Sequence record: SRR20825006_1005
Length of the DNA stretch: 64,000 nucleotides
Reading direction: 5' to 3' (one strand)
Positions 60,301-64,000 of this stretch are shown piece after piece; positions within the stretch are counted from its first letter, which is position 1, and each line of letters opens with the position of its first letter. The translations under genes and the position numbers were made by a program. The notes under the pieces were generated by a model, which saw only the letters and a program-made list of their open reading frames with translations, was not told the origin of the DNA and made no database searches.

Positions 60301-61887
60301 GGTCGGGGGATCCAGCAGCGATTCTGCCGGTATGGATTCTCGCGAAGGTGGCGGGCCAACCGCGTTCCAAGTCGCTGGCGAATCGGACGATTGCGAGCCA
60401 CCCAACGACGGTGGGGTGAGTTGCCATTGTTCGGGCAATTGCCAATGCGTTGCGTACAAATGAGATGGCATCGTCCATTGCAACTGCCAAGGCGTCGCGG
60501 AAATTACATATGAAGATGGGAAAACCGGTTCGGGCAACGAAATCAGATTGCCTTTTTGAGGCAACGGCGATGTCCCCTCCAACACGATGACGCGTGAGTC
60601 GGCGGCGGATGCGGGTTCGGATTCTTCGATTGCCGTCAGTTCGATGATTGAAGCGAACGGTGATTGCGACGTCTCAGTTAATTGCGACGTCTCAGTTGAT
60701 TGCGAGGCGATAGGTCGGGACGTGAATGGAATCTCGCGTTCATCGATGGTGATGCGAGTCACATCGCCGCGTAGCCAGACCCAAGGAGGGATGGACGCGA
60801 TCGGTTGCGGATCAATGACGAATCGACATTGCCAATTCAATATCGATCCATCGTGATCAAAGGACATGCGGCAACTGCGGACGATCGTCGCCGTTTGGAC
60901 CTCCGCCGCGTCGTCGTTGACGGTTTGCAGTTGCAGATCCAAACGCGACGAACCAGCTGACTCAAGAAAGATCCAACGATCGTTGTCCGAAGCCGATTCG
61001 GAGGAACTGATTGACGAGGTTTCGCTGTACCAATTCGGGAGTTCATCCGCGGGGACTTCACGCAGGACCGCTTGTTCGCAGCGAAGAATTTGATTCGCCG
61101 GAACACGAATCCACAGACGAGAAATCAATGCTTGCGGCAGCACCAGTTCCCACCGACTGCCGTTCCAAGTTGGCATCGCTTGCTGTCGCCAATTCCATGC
61201 GAGATTGCGGTCCGCAAGTGGTTGACTCACATCGTTCGTTGCGATTTTAAGCATTCCCGATTCATCGGATTCGAACACGGCGTTTGTGTCCGATTCGACG
61301 CCAGATTTATCATCCATTTCGCGGAGTCTGGAAACGGCAAAACTGACATTGCCAAACTGATGTTCGCTGCTGGCTTGGGACGAAAACAACATTCGGCTAG
61401 CGTTGCTGATCAAAGATCCGTTTCGGATGGTCGCCACCATCTCGCACTGCAAAATGTCATCGGTGGATGTTTCGGGAGTGACCTCGGCCGCTTCTCCAAG
61501 AGCATTGCTCAATTCGTCGGCCGCAACGGGCCGAAAGTTGTCTGGGACGAGCCTTGCGATTTGAGAACCGAACAAGGCGATCCAACGCAATGAATCATCG
61601 CTGCGAACTTGTTGAGCGAGTGTTTCCCATTGAGACAGCCTGTCAGAGACTTCGCGAGAGTCCGGTTTGGAATCATCGACTGCACCGGCAACGGTTAATT
61701 CGTCCGCACCCGAAGTTTCGTCTGTCGCTGGTTCGTCTGGCGTTGGTTCAACCACCTCGCTGGTTTCAGTTGTCGTTGCTTCCGCTTCTTGCGCGGCGAC
61801 ATCGCTTTTGACTACCAGCGACGTTGTGACGAACCAAATGGCGACCCACATCACCCAGGTCGATCGGTTTGATCGAGACAGCGTCAT
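51346..61887 (-). CDS. 3513-aa multi-module membrane protein with C-terminal PVC-type membrane-bound dehydrogenase/beta-propeller, HEAT-like and cytochrome c (CxxCH) module
   Basis: One uninterrupted ORF with an N-terminal signal peptide and two internal TM clusters. The last ~955 aa show LVAAEPMVIDPV...FDPQGRLWVVEMPDYP, DIDGDG, WFRPV, GRIWR, GRQLFVQHCSNCH, GPDIS, ILNPDAAI and SLMPSG...DLIAYL. Confidence 0.85.
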   Translation of the reverse strand: MTLSRSNRSTWVMWVAIWFVTTSLVVKSDVAAQEAEATTTETSEVVEPTPDEPATDETSGADELTVAGAVDDSKPDSREVSDRLSQWETLAQQVRSDDSLRWIALFGSQIARLVPDNFRPVAADELSNALGEAAEVTPETSTDDILQCEMVATIRNGSLISNASRMLFSSQASSEHQFGNVSFAVSRLREMDDKSGVESDTNAVFESDESGMLKIATNDVSQPLADRNLAWNWRQQAMPTWNGSRWELVLPQALISRLWIRVPANQILRCEQAVLREVPADELPNWYSETSSISSSESASDNDRWIFLESAGSSRLDLQLQTVNDDAAEVQTATIVRSCRMSFDHDGSILNWQCRFVIDPQPIASIPPWVWLRGDVTRITIDEREIPFTSRPIASQSTETSQLTETSQSPFASIIELTAIEESEPASAADSRVIVLEGTSPLPQKGNLISLPEPVFPSSYVISATPWQLQWTMPSHLYATHWQLPEQWQLTPPSLGGSQSSDSPATWNAVGPPPSRESIPAESLLDPPTDSKQTRLSTDSVTSSWSIKLAESQPLLYANHQSRFLLEDNAIQARSTIQMTMTPDRLAPIQLEIQDGFSFDSITVGETRRTLTINAPNRRGRRITVWPSPDEIEELPTGEGTLEIRATGQSRRDPNNPRVNELWMIRVLGCPGQMTAAVIPPADMGWTAETAITPSRIEFSELTAQQRRYFAPLPGDAIVLSHSIRQTPSLALETPDSTIVGSCQTSLTVVRSGKERTGIEQQVQVQVEGLPQTSRFVKVRLAVRSEQSSPQDIKWQTRLSSSAAAHSVDEDAVTRRWVPRQSMEPQSESDAESQASSVSTNSDEIADGSDGWFEWNIPVPRNFNDKSLLIGRCFHAMKESETGSTKGHQTHALPIGLFRLADATSQTCELLIDSNLQLARPVANLVGIPTADADNASRPFRYRYETSPHVIVRVRHRNQTPPSNLVLQQHTHVVASASGTDRARTRFEMIATQPIEVKFPWDAHLIEARIDGVEVQPQMTRRHHLRFPAVKQSELVLEIEWTTTSFGKSWIRKPEVTDLQVVGLTLGSQFRVSPAEDSLQLPLLGSAEQSPLIFSQMVIGIGWVGALVILAISLAAGWAARWGLACGLALCLFAMLLWPETLIPLTTWVALPLTIGLLRVATQQWQSSKTPMSSLTQTPGASGQSDHSNAASHSPGDDPTSDFSSSALLRSWLGWLIVSCFAVGGGAASAQTMDILVPLDSANQPMGNKAYIPETLYEELFLIRPDERVRQVSFLNTNYELDLTSESSKRAISLARDEFAIELLARFTVETTTPSSRLRLPFAPETIEELVLIRPDESTRVLTTTTDEQPGTLIVVPSGKRFDLQLRLRCQTSHNATGTQIAIDLPRLPQARLVVRRDYRIDNFRLVTDEIAWPAVDRPVGFGIISSNQFSIGPCNRLQIHLQSKATADAIASGSAVNLNTGPGNQTGDVSDEEELPVAWNSASQWNRRYWLNATAKQCSVECELDPLQPPPPGGEVILRFHRETSSPPRLISRDWKLIQQTPTQWKLTRVSSSDEPIRLVWDLSDDWSTRTTTDEPTPSVSNAVEPTSSDALSLASERLLTCPGLSLHDRWEEPASDDESALVNSRTEFSETLVAWTLSADLQPLWPASLGTERVPTEQFYSQWSGPISRLDRAAKSSGTTPIVQIGFSNRSTLVFSSRQEIHLDSTHQTIRLDATFEPTPVTDNSSTADATSANPDASGEASVAAMDESVRPHIIKVVLPPQAQIFDWQIQQPGLPNTSPDVVDGNTFESEAADATSDEATDAETTTDPKSKPTGASEKQSGTRWELVRKDDRDCLLIRYEGRGMELSIEAQVSLKKNNDNALALIEIEPIQAIGEVDSVSEVVVSRSADTDVQWKTPPKVEGEKSGDAGPASMLASGKILMDQWLVRGSTATALGNARFRSSLVRHPFQTDVRVALRWEEGRWIAQTDLQLKSKQQPDFLDVEMPTRWCDALQISPLCASTRQPTLSPARQVIRIRLADKDIRSIRLTSRLAAGDLVRVSVPKVRVLQSQRSRTDIVVPNRLTNAPIRWETNGVEPMPQPRWKLRLPLKTDGETTQEPSDADATDVEDSAYFRVANENWSVELERMRKTNNLASVMHTDHQLLNDRYLVSRFDIVPGDASHLTLQLPESTRFVAGWTNGLPADVIPLDNNRLQFLLPLSRLSQAVEVLLEMDSQVSSPDTPTWDEIQTPLRSTFTRLLSRRSDGKDSLSLSHQSSAAPTMTPKNSASNQTVTDWSPWRAIKPDQRWRILATNTVRSIAAASDSLADRRDEEVASWMKVWLQRYASISQAAGVPFDPANASAEDSVSLERLSAEFSSRPPEAVFSWNEMESFLAMQIQRYSAGETDDWWQVSDANKRLDGQWSFALTSQQPDRWIIDSQYQSTRHELPPQWSVASRSSIATQWAQHGMRFLLLLTSACLLIVLRLQPGRNRHHGDQANWVTNVQDLMANPATWIFVLGCIALVLAPMPLALALMVTAVMLSGFEAFWKPLRKRLRTWASALLLLVIWIGPTDRATAQSPTQTIDSPSPAEIADTMRMRDGWKLQLVAAEPMVIDPVSAAFDPQGRLWVVEMPDYPQPADDAQPIQGRIRILRDIDGDGTMDQATTFADGLNFATGVLPWPSKIASENEAQMDGAIVTLAGEIAWLRDTDGDGMADDHQTWFRGFTTDNEQLRANHPILGPDGLVYVANGLRGGKIEAVVSRFDQSAGPLTLSKNDFCFDPNGGYWGRVSGNSQHGLTIDDFGRRIGCSNRNPAIQAVLNVSTIERDRELAPTDALLDIAVAGEHSEVHPISDAWTTSHLHAGQFSAACGVLAVDDKWLFVCEPTGSLVQRQQMQLDGENWNATREPNDAEWLANEHTWFRPVDLVADQNGSVLVIDMARAVIEHPDWAPDELKNRPDTWHGNDLGRIWRLVPPRAEPDFQAIQNNEEAIEALKSDDSVRRSLATLHLTQQLADAAAQRSVLGSLSELLLSGETKPTTKSRAASFLAQRNGLNTDQTSKLQSESEPRLRAIAAQNTTTWNADNFREFANDDSALVRRVALESFLASNECTQIAKSPSSAEFLSVVDSLHKLAVEQADSALIAKLLASAPQRMLQQLIHRSIENESLRLSSSYRNNRLHWIQCSAASDSETTVDLISNVQDDDDALQFVASWINGTRSASAVKKAMTGPEQEFLARVSDVAETTLADADQQPVQRENAVDVLLQLAPGSTELRDQLTESTDATLRSRILKGLLRSDPEWTRSILVSHPDPWRPEERSVVCRHARSDPATATWLLAAVQDGSLPRSFVDASTANALRAHRDQAIRELANQTFAPPEDRAEVLQKYAVVADRFSTADVAKGRQLFVQHCSNCHRMEDVGHMVGPDISDSRTKTAEALLVAILNPDAAIDASFTRYQILTVDGEVVSGLLHNENSETVTLLEAGNQQRRVARDDIETFRAVDTSLMPSGMEQTLSVDQMSDLIAYLKRWRYTAEGL

Positions 61888-63998
61888 GAGGACGTTCCTG
61901 GTGATTGACTCGCCGTGGCTCCTTCTTCGTCGTAGCCTTCGTCCGAAGGGTTGGGGCGAGGTTCGGATTCCGTGTTTGAACGTTGTCCGGAATCTCCACG
62001 ATGCCGGGAAGATCCACCCGGAACATGCGTCCCGGCCGACTCGTTGATCATCGATCGCGAGCCGGGCGAAGAGCCCTGGCCTTTGCGATTGACTCGAGTG
62101 GAACCAAACGGCGGGATTTTCTCAGACGCTCGTGACGCGCCGGATGATTGCAATACACGGTCGGAGGCCGGTGGGGAAATCAACGCCGAGATGGCGTAGA
62201 AGACCGCGACCAACACCAGTGAAATCATGATCAATTGAGCCGTCACGATCACGCCATCGGGAGCCGCAACCAAAACGCCCGCCAGAACCACCGCCAACAA
62301 TACAATCGCAAAAGGATGGCGGCTGCGCGGGAACAACTGAGTTGATGCGGCGAGTAACAGTGACAAGCTTCCAACGGCCAACCACATCATCGTTCGCGAA
62401 ACCGTCAGGGCGGAAAACGAGTAAGGGTCGCTGGAATAGAAAAGGTATTGGTTGCTGGGAACGGTGAACGCGGAGTTTGTGGTTGACTCATTGAGTGAAC
62501 CCAACAACGTCGAGTTCTTTTGGAATGGGAATGTGACCCATTCAAGTAGTTCGGCATCGTCGGCCATTGGTTGCCGTGACAAACGAAGTTGCTCACGTTC
62601 CCAACGCATCAATCGTCCACTGGACGATGAGGCCCAAAACAAGTGTGAGTCTGTAGGAACGGAAAGCTGCCAGTCGATTTGTGCCGACCCAACCGGCAAC
62701 CTCATCAAGGGCTCAATGCTGGTCCACCATGGGCTGGAATCAGTTTCCGTCCACAATCGAATGTCCAGCAGGAATCGCGATGGCGATTCGGTGCCACTCG
62801 CTTGAGACGCCGCCAAACTGGAGGTGGTCGGCATGTCAATTCGCAGACCGCTGCGTCCTCGAGACGTTGCGACAATGTTGCCATTCAAGCGCGTTTCAAT
62901 CCGGATGGCTTTGAGTGGCTGCGAGAATCCAATCGTGATTTGCTCGCCACCTTCGACCACTGCCACCAACTGTTCATGACGAGTGCGTTGCCCGACAAGG
63001 CTGCGTATCAAAGCACGCGTGACTCGCACGGGCGCCTCTTCCAACGATTCCTGGTGGAACTCCAATTTAAACGGTGCATCCGGAATGGATGTGAGTGTCC
63101 ATTCATTGCTTGGAATCGGAGCCACACTTGTGCCCGCAGGCGTGCTTCGTCTTGTTCCCGACAACAATCGTTCATCGCCGACGGTGACCATCCAAACCTG
63201 ACCGGCCCCATCGGTGACGGAGTTTGGAACGGTCAAAAGGTAATCGGAGTCCAATGTGACTTGATCGGCGATCGGATACGGGATCGCCGCCAAAATCTGA
63301 TCGTTTGATGAGTCAGGATCCTGAAGGTTATCCAATGAGGCATCAACATCGTCCTCCGCCGATTCCAAAGCGAGAGGTTGTTCGGAAACTTCATCGGTCG
63401 CATTCAACGACGGATCATCAGCGGCTGCTCGAATAAGCGTTTCAGAGTTTGCAGGTGTCTTCAGTAAGTCACGCAACATCGTCCGCGATGTCAGTTCGAT
63501 CTCGTGACTGCCGACCGACAATCGTGGTGTGACAATTTCGTAAGTTGTCCAGCTCTCGGAGTTGGTCGACGATTCAGACTTGCGAACCATCGCGGGAACG
63601 CCATCGACTACCGATGTCCACTGGACCGCTTGAGCATTCGGAGTTGGGATAGCGAATTGGACGATGCCCTCCAGGTCAACGGCAGTGGTAAGCGTCCAAC
63701 GGGTTTGGGTGACCCATTGATTGCCTTGCGTGTCCATCGATGTGCCGCCCGAAAGATTCAGACGCAGTGGACGTTCGGTGAAGTTGCCCGTCACGCTCCA
63801 AGGACTATCGACTGAAAGCAGGCGAAAACGGTTTGACGAATCATTGTTGATCCGTTGCAAGTTTTCACTTTGAGAAAGGTCCACCGTCCATTGCAAACGC
63901 TTGGCATCGGTCACCTGAAGGATTGCTTCCGTGACAGCGCTGGACGATTCGTTGGTTTGCAGTTTCGGCAGTGTCAGTGTCAATGGTTCCGCGACCAT
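61884..63998 (-). CDS. Large hypothetical membrane protein, C-terminal part (start lies beyond the window)
   Basis: The frame is open to the window edge. A beta-rich region is followed by three TM helices and a Ser/Gly-rich tail. The stop overlaps the ATG of the 3513-aa gene. Confidence 0.8.
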   Translation of the reverse strand: MVAEPLTLTLPKLQTNESSSAVTEAILQVTDAKRLQWTVDLSQSENLQRINNDSSNRFRLLSVDSPWSVTGNFTERPLRLNLSGGTSMDTQGNQWVTQTRWTLTTAVDLEGIVQFAIPTPNAQAVQWTSVVDGVPAMVRKSESSTNSESWTTYEIVTPRLSVGSHEIELTSRTMLRDLLKTPANSETLIRAAADDPSLNATDEVSEQPLALESAEDDVDASLDNLQDPDSSNDQILAAIPYPIADQVTLDSDYLLTVPNSVTDGAGQVWMVTVGDERLLSGTRRSTPAGTSVAPIPSNEWTLTSIPDAPFKLEFHQESLEEAPVRVTRALIRSLVGQRTRHEQLVAVVEGGEQITIGFSQPLKAIRIETRLNGNIVATSRGRSGLRIDMPTTSSLAASQASGTESPSRFLLDIRLWTETDSSPWWTSIEPLMRLPVGSAQIDWQLSVPTDSHLFWASSSSGRLMRWEREQLRLSRQPMADDAELLEWVTFPFQKNSTLLGSLNESTTNSAFTVPSNQYLFYSSDPYSFSALTVSRTMMWLAVGSLSLLLAASTQLFPRSRHPFAIVLLAVVLAGVLVAAPDGVIVTAQLIMISLVLVAVFYAISALISPPASDRVLQSSGASRASEKIPPFGSTRVNRKGQGSSPGSRSMINESAGTHVPGGSSRHRGDSGQRSNTESEPRPNPSDEGYDEEGATASQSPGTSS

Positions 63999-64000
63999 CT

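Noticed and set aside
60663-60700. 18-bp tandem duplication (ATTGCGACGTCTCAGTT x2)
   Set aside because: A small in-frame duplication in a Ser/Thr-rich linker (TETSQ). No sign of a mobile element.

Overview
A 64-kb, gene-dense chromosomal window, most likely from a Rhodopirellula-like planctomycete. This is inferred from the YTV-repeat protein, the PVC-type CxxCH dehydrogenase domain, the sulfatase and the giant TPR protein. I see no rRNA, tRNA, CRISPR array or mobile element. In order, the window holds: the start of a MoxR-DUF58 operon; a 3.3-kaa exported TPR protein; a PhyH-type dioxygenase/Gfo-Idh-MocA pair; three signalling proteins; an NDP-sugar epimerase; a sulfatase; a TolC-like lipoprotein; folD; sulfite reductase; a YTV envelope protein; a NifS-like protein; a SET-domain protein; a Cys-rich exported protein; flgB-flgC-fliE-fliF; an S26 peptidase; a LexA-like repressor; uppP/DUF368; and rnpA-pyrC'-pyrB-DUF423-nadA-desulfurase followed by a 3513-aa membrane protein. 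Four observations stand out. (1) The 3513-aa ORF looks like a polyprotein of three exported modules, each preceded by a signal-peptide-like segment ending A-x-A|Q. (2) The YTV protein has two mirror-matched, charge-complementary arms of 14-aa repeats, suggesting one very long beta-hairpin. (3) Several proteins are apparent pseudoenzymes: a LexA without its cleavage site and catalytic Lys, a NifS-like protein without its catalytic Cys, PyrC' without Zn ligands, and a HATPase-only protein heading the flagellar operon. (4) Several signalling and flagellar proteins end in -AA, a possible Clp degron. All family assignments come from reading motifs by eye; no searches were run.
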